Under the pieces are notes generated by a model. That model saw only the letters and a list, made by a program, of their open reading frames with translations. It ran no database searches and had not been told where the DNA came from. This document shows positions 24,655 to 35,029 of a DNA stretch of 64,000 bases, one piece after another. Position numbers and translations under genes: made by a program. This DNA comes from Laetmonice hystrix (taxonomy: Eukaryota). The stretch covers positions 34,970,001 through 35,034,000 of the forward strand of contig OZ249440.1 in NCBI GenBank assembly GCA_965235115.1, given 5' to 3'. Position 1 is the first letter of the stretch, and each line of letters opens with the position of its first letter.

Positions 24655-25961
24655 GTGAGTGAGTGAGTGAGTAGTTGTGGTTTTCCGCCGTGTCGGCATC
24701 TGGGGCCATCTTCACGGCGAAAACAGGGTTAAAAGACCATGAAATGAAAGGAACCTATTTTATCCCGGGCCCCAACGGGAATATCATTGAAACAGATTCC
24801 ATTCTGTCAGCCCAACCGGGCTATCGACGAGCCTGAACTATAAAAGAGTCAGAAGTCAGAAAACTCTAAAATCACTACTGGTCTGACATTGTTAAAAAGA
24901 TCCTTAAGACTTGTCTCACTATAAAACCGTTGTCTCATCAGAGTAAAATCACCACACTCAAGTAAAAGATGCTTCAGTTTCAAAGGACATTGACAGCCAT
25001 GACATTCTGGAGGCGGCTCCCCCTTCAATAAAAACACATGAGTTAATCTAGAATGACCAACTCTGCATCGAGTAAATCCGAGGTTGACGCCGGGATCATT
25101 TATGGAGACGAAACGAGGGTTTGCGTAAGTGATGGTATATCCTAATTAAAGAATCCCTACCTGTAGTGGTATAAGAGTTTATATATCCATTCTGCATGTA
25201 GAAGCATCTACCAATACTGCTATACACCATGGTATGCTAGCATCATATTCTCGTAATCTGTATTTTTGACGCCATGTTGGTTCTCGTTAGGGGTCGCGTG
25301 TGAGGAAGCGGAGGTATGGACTGTGAATCATGGGATGTCAAGAAGGTATAAATAGTACTGCAAGACGATTTGGAACCCTCCTTACAACGTGACGGGCAAG
25401 ATCATCAGACGGCCCGCCTCCGCCCCATCTCCTCCTATCATTGGTCGTCCTTGCGTCGCCTATCGGTGGTCGTCCCGATGTGGCCTGTCAGCAGCCGTCC
25501 TTACATTGTCGGGGGTCGGGAGGGGTGGTTTGGGTGGGGTTTCCTGAGGTCAGCATGGCTGCTCAGGTGGGTGGGCCAGGGAGGGGTTTGGGGTTGGGAA
25601 GGTTAATCTTGTGGACGGCGTTTGTCGCCACCTAATGGGACAATAATTGTACTATATAAGTTAATATGCCGATACAGGCTGGACAATATATGTAGATCAT
25701 TTAGCCTACATTCATGCTTCATGTCAGTTGGTTGTAGAGTCCCCGGTACGGGTGATCGACGGGTTGTATGTCAAATAAAAACAACCTACACAACACAGCC
25801 TGGTCTCCGAGTTTGTCTGCATAAAAACAATTTCATGCCTACACCTACATTGGGTTAGGCTGTGCCGGTACCTTTGGTTCATGACAGGACTGATCTGATA
25901 CAATTTATTGTTTGGTTGTTCATCCCATTCAGCCTGCCATTTGTTCCTAATGTAAGCCCAG
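24655..25961 (-). mobile_element. 5'-truncated LINE copy split by an insertion
   Basis: (GAGT)n tail at 24655, LINE 3' end to 25076, LINE sequence resumes 25822-25961. Confidence 0.9.
25077..25821 (+). mobile_element. Probable solo LTR inserted into the LINE fragment
   Basis: TAAA duplicated on both sides; ends in CA; TATAAATA at ~25347 and AATAAA at ~25774; 5' end is TC rather than TG. Confidence 0.55.
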
Positions 25962-25965
25962 CAGG

Positions 25966-26073
25966 TTTGACACTTTAATCACCTTCCTTTGCCGCCTGGG
26001 TTTTGCAATCAATTATCCAAAAATGGAGGATCCTTCACAGCGCATTACATTCCTTAGTATCATTTTGGACGTC
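25966..26073 (+). pseudogene. Short DIRS/Ngaro-like reverse transcriptase remnant
   Basis: FDTLITFLCRLGFAINYPKMEDPSQRITFLSIILDV resembles the LGF.IN..K...P.Q...FLG..LD end of tyrosine-recombinase retrotransposon RTs. Confidence 0.5.
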
Positions 26074-26326
26074 AGCATCAAGACAGGTCGACGAGGTAAC
26101 ATTAGAAAAGTTGAAGGCAAGAAGAATGGCTACTCCAAGCACAGTGCGGAAAATGTCAAATTCGGTGCATTTGTATCTTTTGGAAGAACCGATGGAGAGA
26201 TACACCAAAGGGAGCGTTATAAACATGATGAATGGTGTGGTAAAGGATTCAGAAAAAGTTGTCAATGTCGTAATTCTGAAGAAAGAAATGGCAGAGATGA
26301 TCAAGGCTTGTCCCAGTCCATGTTAG

Positions 26327-27354
26327 TAGCGACCGTAAGCCATTTTTTAAAATTCGGCCGATATCTACAAGTGATACATCGTATGAAAGGTCTAGTTTTG
26401 CCTTGTTCAAAACTGTTCGAATTTTGAAGATCGGACATAGGGAAGTGGAGATATGCTTCATTGAACGTCGGAAGGTTGAGCTTTTCTGAGACAAGAAAAT
26501 CGTGAAAACTGGAAAAACATGGTACACCAAGATATCTTTTAAAAGCCCATATACCCACTTTTCATGTTTCTGCCTTTAATATACGGTAAGTCATATTTAG
26601 TATTTGTGCAAAGTTTCAAACCTCTTGATTTATTTGTGGCCAAACAATAGCTTCTCAAAGTCATGAATGTCAGTGGTTTTTGGCCGTCTACTATGAAATC
26701 AGGCCGGTTGCTGCCTAGTTTGCTGCCTCATTAGTCGGTCTTCCAAGCCAATATTAAGTCGGTCTTCCAAGCCAATATTAACTATGCAGAGTCTTTATAA
26801 GTTTGTTTTCATGTACTCTATGCATACAAGTTATAGATTTTGCCACTAACTCACAGAATGGACAGATGCAGTGCATCCACTCAGAGCTGAAGGCCATGCG
26901 CATGTCGAAATGTCCGAAGCGTACGGCTCTCTATTATCGCTCACCTTCAATGGCCGCTCATCATTAACGGCTAGGAGAGGGGTGGCTTCAACGCCGAAAT
27001 ATTATGTGATGTCCAAACTCAAAAATTACAAAAACCATGCGGTTATACTAAAAAGACACCAAGGAATTTAAATATCAAGGTTTAAATGGCGTATATGCAC
27101 GTTTTTTCATTTTATTTCTCAAACGAAATCTTCAAACATTGATTAAATAGCTTTTCCCCGGGCACTCGAGCGAAAAACAATCAAATACGCTCACTTCAGA
27201 TGTTTCCCTGTCGATTCTGTGTAATATTTAGCCAAAACATCTTAGTTCAAGCTCCCTAGGTGGGGTACAACGAAGTGCTGTTTTTTTTACCAAGAATTTT
27301 GGCAGAATCCATTTCTAGCTACCCCAGTGCCTCTAGCGAGCGATACGGTCGCTA
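26327..27354. mobile_element. Non-autonomous DNA transposon, 11-bp TIR, 7-bp TSD
   Basis: TAGCGACCGTA...TACGGTCGCTA flanked by ATGTTAG on both sides. Confidence 0.8.
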
Positions 27355-27480
27355 ATGTTAGCATGGAATACGGAATTCGAATAACAGAAACAAGTCAGGT
27401 GAGTAGGTTTGGTCTGACTGTTGATTGAGATCGACTCGGGAGGGGGGGGGGCGTAATACAGATAGCTAGTTTTCTTTGGT

Positions 27481-27738
27481 GAGTGAGTGATAAGTGGTGG
27501 TTTTGCGCCGTGTCGACATCTGGGGCCATCTTCACGGCGAAAACAGAGTTAAAAAACCAAAGGAACCTATTTTATCCCGGGTCCCAACGAAAACACCACC
27601 AAAACACATCTATGAAAGAGTCAGAAGTCCAGCCTGTGACACAACCTCTAAAATCACTCCTGGTCTGACATTGCTAAAAAGGATCCTCAAGACTTGTCTC
27701 ACTATAAAATCGTTGTCTGATCAGAGTAAAATCACCAC
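27481..27738 (-). mobile_element. Very short 5'-truncated LINE copy
   Basis: 3' UTR plus ORF2 tail; 13-bp TSD AGTTTTCTTTGGT at 27468-27480 and 27739-27751. Confidence 0.92.
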
Positions 27739-27867
27739 AGTTTTCTTTGGTAGATTAGAAGGCCTATATTTGCGGCGTTGTGGCGATGGTTTTAGTCAAT
27801 AAGGGTTAGATCTAGGGTAAGTTATTAGCCTAGATCTAGGGTAAGTTATTAGCCTAAGTTACTTTTT

Positions 27868-28834
27868 AGTGACTGAGTAATGGTGGTTTTGCATCGTGTC
27901 AGCATCCGGGGCCCATCTTCATGGCGAAAACAGGGTTAAAAGACCATGAAATGAGAGGAACCTATTTTATCCCGGGAATACCATTAAAACACACTCCATC
28001 CTGTCAGCCCAATGGGGTTATCGACGAGCCTGAACTATAAAAGAGTCAGAAGTCCAGCCTCTGACAAAAACTTTAAAATCACTCCTGGTCTAACATTGCT
28101 AAAAAGATCCTTAAGACTTGTCTCACTATAAAACCGTTGTCTGATCAGAGTAAAATCACCAAAGGACACTGGCAGCCACAACATTCTGGAGGCGGCTCCC
28201 CTTTAATAAAAACGTTGGACCAGGCCGTGAGGATACCTGATACACGATAGGACTGATCTGATACAATTTATTGTTTGGTTGTTCATCCAATTCGGGCTCC
28301 CATTTGTTCTTAACATAAGCCCAGATGGTAGGTCTGAGGTCAGAGGCAGGGATTGCACACAGTTCAACGTCTGTTTCAAGAGCCCTCTGAGTCTTGGCAG
28401 TTCTGTCAGCTTGCTCATTGCCCGGGATACCAACATGACCAGGCACCCAGCAAAAGTGAATATCAAAGTTTGCATTAGCAAGCACTGCCAACTTGAACAA
28501 GATTTGAACGATCACGGGGCAATCTGTATTCAAGTTAGCAAGTGCTTGCAGACAGGATAAGGAATCCGAGAAAATGAGAAAATCCTTTTTGCCAGAAACT
28601 TCAATATTTTGAAGGGCAAGAAGCAGGGCCCGGAACTTGCCCTGGGATGTGGGTGCCGAATTTGTCCTTGCCATGAAGTCCTGCTGCCGACACATCACTG
28701 CCATCCTTTGAGCCATCAGTATAGAAGGCATAATGTGAGGGATACTTTGCCTGGACTTCAAGAAAATGTTCACAATACGCTTGACTGCATACTGCAGAGC
28801 CAGCTTCAGACGCCTGTTGTCAAGCGAGGGCTCT
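27868..28834 (-). mobile_element. Older, internally deleted LINE 3' fragment
   Basis: Diverged RNase H/3' UTR sequence with several deletions (ORF 28156..28773 partly matches ORF2). Confidence 0.88.
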
Positions 28835-29257
28835 GTTCACCTGACCAACCACTGTATTTCTCAATTAAAAAAGTGCAACTGTAGTCGATATGTTGAATGT
28901 ATAATCGTTTTACTATTGTCACACCATCTCTAACCTCTATCTTGTAACATTTTTAAAAATATGCCTTTATCCAATGTATGTATACCCCTGTGACTAAAAC
29001 AAGCACTTATACTGCTTTATTGTTCAGGAATATGTAATACTGCTTTATTGTTCAGGAATATGTAATCATTAATTTTCTATGTATAATACTGTGACAATAA
29101 ACATAAACTCAAACTCAATGCTCAATATGGTTTTCTATTACACCGTTCACACATGGGCGGCGTGTCAAAAAACAACGCTTTCATACTGAGCATTCAGAGC
29201 GTCATTTTCAAAATGACGCTCGACGCTTGCCTCTTGACGCCCATGTGTGTCTAGGCC

Positions 29258-30090
29258 TTTACTCTCTACACTGCCTCCTCCCCCGGCGCCTCACGTTCTA
29301 CACCTTCCCCTTCCCTCGCCTCAGTCGCTACACCGCCCCTCTGGCCACCTTAACCCCAACACTGCCCTCTCCCTCCACTGCACTTTCTACGCTGCCCCTT
29401 CTCTCCGCCTCACTCAACACCGCCCCCTCGGCCGACCATCGCTGAACGTTTATACAAAGTGGCAGCGATGTTCAGCGATCCGCCTCACTCCCTACACTGC
29501 CGCCTCTCTGCCTCACTCTCTACACCGCCCCCTCCCCCCACCTCAATCTAAACCTCAAGCTCACCTACCTCCCCATCCACACCGACCCCCACCGTAATTT
29601 CTACACCGCCTCCTCCCCCGCCTCATCGCACTGTCTACACGCCCCCACCTTCACTCGCCTCACACCGCCCCTCTGGCCACCTATCCGCACCTGCCCCCCT
29701 CTGTAAGTTTTACACCGCCCCCTCCCCTGCTCCACTCTCTACACCGCCCCTCCGTCCGCCTCACTCTCTATACACTGCCTCTTCCCTCCGCCTCACGCTC
29801 TACCCCGCATCCTCTCCCGCCTCACTCTACACTGCCCCTTCCCCCGACTCACTCTCTACGCCGCCCCTCCGTCCGCCTCACTCTCTATACACTGCCTCTT
29901 CCCTCTGCCTCACGCTCTACCCCGCATCCTCTCCCGCCTCACTCTACACTGCCCCTTCCCCCGACTCACTCTCTACGCCGCCTCCTCCCCCACCTCGCTC
30001 TCTATGCACCTCCCCTCGATCCCCGGCCTCACTCTTCACACTGCTCCCTCCTCCCGCCTCAATCTCTAAACCTCCCGCTCCCCTACCTCC
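29258..30090. repeat. C-rich degenerate minisatellite
   Basis: Repeated CCTCACTCTCTACACCGCCCCTCC-like units; a ~118-bp block is duplicated around 29735-29975. Confidence 0.8.
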
Positions 30091-32199
30091 TCTTGCCGAG
30101 GGTCAAATAATGCCGGTCTTTTTGTAAAATACGCGGTCATATCGTGCCCCCGGACAGTGTACACTGGGGACACTCAACACTGTTACACCGGTGTATACGT
30201 CCTAATTGACCCCCCCCCCCCCCCACCAGTCATTTGGACCTGCGGTTCAAATGACCGGGGATATGAATCATATAATGAAATGAATGTTTCAAGGGGGTAC
30301 ATTGGGACTAGGTCCAACATACCGGGGGTATATTCAGCCTAGTTTCAGAATAGCCCTGGGGGGACTTTGATACTAGGGGGGATATTGAAACTAAATTCCG
30401 AATACTCCCGGGGGTCTATTGAACCTAGGCTGAATATACCCGCGGTTGGACCAAGGTTCATTATACCGGATGGGGGGTATGTTACACTTGCTACACCGGC
30501 ACTCATGTCAACTCTCTCTAACTCTCACACTGCGTATCTTTTTATTGTTAACCAAATCCTCCCTGTCTTGTCTACGAGTGTTAAACGGTAATGAAATACA
30601 AAACGTGAACAAGGTAATGTCAAAAAAGGTATCCTCATATTATTATTTTTTTAACTTTTAACTCACACTTCAAAGAAATCAACCATTAAGGGACATATAG
30701 TCTAGTAGCCAGGTAGGTGAACCCAGAAATGTTGAGTACCCTAAGGTATTTTGATGGAAATGTGATCTATGATGTATGGGGACTCGGAAACCGTCGCATG
30801 CTAATTTGTATATGTTGGGCAATTAGTGTAATTAGCTTAATTAGCCCGAAAAAGGAATCTATCATAGATTCCCTATAAATGGACTTTGAGTCACATTTTT
30901 GGTATGTAAATCTATGTTTTCGGTAGCAAGGAATTCATTAAACATATTTCTAGACCCATTTGTTAATTATTTGAAAGCCTTATTAGCATAATTAATATAA
31001 AATTGATAAAACAAATGGTAAAGTCTATGTAAATGCACGTGAAACTTATATCTGGGTTCTTAAAACTGTGTTTCCGGCCTAAATGAAATCGTTAAACATT
31101 GTTTCAAGCTCATATACAAAGTAATCATAAGCGAAATTAGCATAATTTTGGATAGTATTAGTGTAATTACCCTAATTAGCATCAACCTACTGATTGCCCG
31201 AAAAAAGAATCAATCATAAATTCCCTATAAATCGACTTTGAGTCCCATTTTTGATGTCTAAACCTATGTTTTCGGTCGCAAGGAATTCATTAAACATATT
31301 TCTAGACTGATTTGCTAATTATTTGCATGCTTAATTAGCAAAATTGATTACAAAATGGTAAAGTCTGTGTAAATGCACTTGGAACTTCTATCTGGGTGAT
31401 TAAAACTGTGTTTTTCCGTCTTTTTTGTTGAACATGGTTTCGAGCTCATGTACAAATTTACTACAAGCAAAATTAGCATAATTTTGGATAGTATTAGTGT
31501 AATTAGCCTAATTAGCATACTGGCTACAGAGCGCCCGAAAAAGGAATTTATCATAGATTCCCTATAAATCAACTTAGAATCACAATTTTAAAGTCCAAAT
31601 CTATGTTTTCAACCACAAGGATTTGATTAAACGTATCTTCAGACTCATTTGTACATTGTTTGCATGCTTAATTAGCATAATTAACATAAAATTCATAAAA
31701 CAAACTAATAAAGTCTATGTAAATGCACTTGGAGCTTTTATCAGGGTGCTTAAAACTGCGTTTCCGGCCTAAATGAATCCGTTGAACGTGGTTTCGAGCT
31801 CATGTAAAAAGTGATTACAAGAAAAATTTGCATAATTTTTGATAGTATTAGTGTAATTATCCTAATTAGCATAGGCCTACTGATTGCCTGAAAAAGGAAT
31901 ATATCATAGATTCCCTATAAATCAACTTAGAATCACAATTTTGGTGTCTAAATCTATGTTTTCGACCACAAGGATTTGATTAAATGTACATGTATCTTCA
32001 GACTCATTTGTATATTGTTTGCATGCCTAATTAGCATAATTAACATAAGATTGATAAAACAAATAATAAAGTCTATGTAAATGCACTTGCAGCTTTTATC
32101 TGGATATTTAAAACTGCGTTTCAGGCCTAAATTAGCATAATTTTGGATTCCAATGTTTTCAGACGTAGGCCCATATATGTTCACTTAGCCTAACTTCAA

Positions 32200-33040
32200 A
32201 CAACTACTCATTCACCATCCTCCTCATCCCTTTCTTCTTCTATGTCTTCTTCCTCAGTGTCACGAATAGTCAGTAGATTGAGCCAGTTGTTTCCTGCTTC
32301 ACAAACACGGTATAGCCTGTGCAGGAAAGCCCAGCAGACTTGCAACTACAGTTGCTTTGACGGCAAGCATTTCCTTCTGCACGGTAGCTGCAGCTGATAA
32401 TGTCCAGAAGAGTGTTCTGGAGCCACTGACTAGTCGGAGGTGTGCGGCATTACATCTCTTCCCTCCGTGATGTCCCAGCCATGGCTTGTGATAGCATTTG
32501 AGGCTGCTGCGTGCTGGAGGAGTGGCTTTGTCAGCAGCTTGCCACAACTGTATTTGCAGAATATGCACTAAGCCTATGAAGGGAAAGATTGTTATCGGTA
32601 GGTGGTAACTTCTTCAGAGGAGGTGGTTTCTTCCTGCTCCTGAAGATGTTGTATCTCGCCTCGTGCATGGACGATGTCTTGGGTAGCTTGTTGGATTTCA
32701 GTAGGTGTAGCCTCCTCCTCCCCAAGGACCGTGTCCAACTCAGGCATGCTGATTTTCTCATTTTCAAGCAACTTCAGGGCAGAGACCTTGCCCTTCCCGC
32801 ATGGAAAAGACATGGTGTCACAGGCAGAGAGGACATGCACGCCTAGTAGACCCTGGCATTTGGTTTCATGCTTCTTGACAGTGGCATTTATGTTGATGAC
32901 AGTCCCATCCCACTTCTCCATCTGAATGCGACACATCATGCCCTTTTCCATACCCAGTAGTACAGCCAACACGAAAACGTTGCTGTCGTCGCACAGCACC
33001 TTGTGCACCTTGAGCGTTGGCAACAGGGTCCACATGATAG
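32200..33040 (-). pseudogene. Academ-like transposase C-terminal remnant (left arm)
   Basis: DDSNVFVL, HVLSACDTMSFPCGKGKVSALK, EARYNIF...LPPT, WQAA and Cys-rich tail; frameshifted. Confidence 0.7.
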
Positions 33041-33733
33041 GAAGAGCTGACAGTGAAGTAACACATGATGAGGCGGGCATAACACTAATCTGCTACATGT
33101 TGTTGAGGGCAACAGCAGAAAAAAGAGCTGATGTGTCACATTCAGATGGAAAAGTGGGATGGGACTGTCCTCGACATAAACGCCACTGCCAAGAAGCTTG
33201 GAGGTCTCTGCCCTGAAGTTCCCCCGTGGGGACCGGGGTAAGAATATTCCCCAGCCCCCCCTGGCTGTTCGTAAGAGGCGAATGAATGGGGCGACTTGTT
33301 TGCCGTGAGTCGCGACCCGTGTCGGTGGAGGAAGAGGTCCTGGTACCTGAGGACGGTGAATTGCTGCGGCTTTTCACAGGTCCAACACGGTGCTTTGGCT
33401 CCTACTTCACCTAGACGGGAGGTTGGAGAGGCCCGATCCAATCAATCGGCTGGTCACGCCTTGCCCTAGGATTTTTTCTATGAGTACCCTTTACAGTGGA
33501 TTTAATTCTCTAATACAATAGGCAACATCTATCGTCACTTTTCTTCTTTATTCCTAGAAGGCGGTGGCTTAGGGTCAATCAAGTAATGGCAACACCCTCT
33601 TTCGTTCCATTGCTTGAGTATACCAACCCTATATCCTTGGTTTGCAACTGCTGGTTACCGCAGCTCTGCACTTCCCCTTGTTGGGCTCCGTGGAGGGTGG
33701 GGAATAGGGTTGGTGAAACACTCTAACACAAAC

Positions 33734-35029
33734 ATGGCATCAAACAATCCCCCAAAAAGAAAACTACTGAAACTAACGGACTCTGACTCGGACCGGTCTA
33801 TGGAGAATGAACACTTGACGGAATGGCCTCGTTTTATCATTGTTCAATCGGCAGAAGCTGAACGACCAATATCTAAGCTATCCCCTTTTGCCATACATAA
33901 AGGCATATTGGGGATAGCTGGAACAGTCAAAGATTGTAAACGTTTGAGGTCTGGCCAACTGTTGGTGGAGTGTGCCACGAAGGCCCAATCTGCAAACCTG
34001 CTGAGTGCCACAGTACTTGCAGGTTACAGTATTAAGGCCTCTCGTCACCGGACGCTCAACTCCAGCAAGGGTGTTATTAGAACAAACTCTCTTGACACTA
34101 CAACTGAACAGGAGATCCTTGCTGGGTTGAGCTGGCAAGGTGTGTCGGAAGTCAGAAGATTGATAGTGAAACGAGATGGTAACACCATCAAGACACACAC
34201 ATATTTTCTGACATTCGACAGGCCCACTCTACCAGATGAACTCGAGATTGGCTTTCTAAAGGTAAAAGTCGATCCCTATATCCCAAATCCTCTGCGTTGC
34301 TTTAAGTGCCAGAGGTTTGGGCATGGGACCGACTCATGTAGAAATGAACAAAAATGTTCTCAGTGCGCTGAAACAGGACATGACCATACAGGCTGTAAAA
34401 AGCCTGCTAAATGTGCCAACTGCGGGCAAGGTCATTCCACTGTTTCACGCGAGTGCTCCGTGTGGAAAAAGGAGAAGGAAATCCTGAAGGTTAAAACAGA
34501 GAGAAAACTTAGTTTCCCAGAGGCACGCAAACTGGTGGAGCAATATCTGCTTCCACCAACAGTTAAAACCTATGCTGCCGCTGTTAAACCTACCACACGG
34601 ACTTTCGCTTGTCAAACGGAGATGGTGTGGGTCAATGGGGATAAACCTGTGACCTACCCTGATCCCGATGACAGCACAAATGAACTGCCTAAGAAAGCTG
34701 TCTCGAGTCAGCCACCTAAAAAGTCCACCTCAACACAGAGCCAGACAACCTCGGTTCCTCCTCCACAGGCCGGGCCGAGTACCAAAGAACCAACTCCGAA
34801 AAAAGATCAACCAAGTACTAAAGAGTCATCTACAAAGAAAGATCAACCAAAAAAGAAAATAATGACAGATCGGCTGCCCAAGGCAGCCTCCAACAATAGT
34901 GCAATAGCACTTACAAACAAATTTCAGCATCTTCAAGATGTTGAAATGGCTGATGCTACGACTTGTCGTAGTCGCAGCCTTTCCCCCAAAATAAAATCTA
35001 GGGGGCGTTTGCCTGTTAAACCACCTTGA
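33734..35029 (+). CDS. LINE ORF1 (gag-like, three CCHC knuckles), 431 aa from first ATG
   Basis: PYIPNPLRCFKCQRFGHGTDSC, CSQCAETGHDHTGC, CANCGQGHSTVSREC. Confidence 0.95.
   Translation: MASNNPPKRKLLKLTDSDSDRSMENEHLTEWPRFIIVQSAEAERPISKLSPFAIHKGILGIAGTVKDCKRLRSGQLLVECATKAQSANLLSATVLAGYSIKASRHRTLNSSKGVIRTNSLDTTTEQEILAGLSWQGVSEVRRLIVKRDGNTIKTHTYFLTFDRPTLPDELEIGFLKVKVDPYIPNPLRCFKCQRFGHGTDSCRNEQKCSQCAETGHDHTGCKKPAKCANCGQGHSTVSRECSVWKKEKEILKVKTERKLSFPEARKLVEQYLLPPTVKTYAAAVKPTTRTFACQTEMVWVNGDKPVTYPDPDDSTNELPKKAVSSQPPKKSTSTQSQTTSVPPPQAGPSTKEPTPKKDQPSTKESSTKKDQPKKKIMTDRLPKAASNNSAIALTNKFQHLQDVEMADATTCRSRSLSPKIKSRGRLPVKPP

Noticed and set aside
30100..30500. CCGGTGTA...TACACCGG-ended element
   Set aside because: Only 8-bp inverted ends and no TSD; insufficient support.
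33221..33300. Assignment of the LINE leader to HDV, pistol or hammerhead ribozymes
   Set aside because: Could not map HDV nested helices or hammerhead CUGANGA/GAAA cores; the resemblance to the pistol P1 and A-rich linker lacks the following P2/P3 layout.
33614..33733. TTG-initiated 40-aa N-terminal extension of ORF1
   Set aside because: Open only in two near-identical copies; the ATG at 33734 has good context and is the simpler start.
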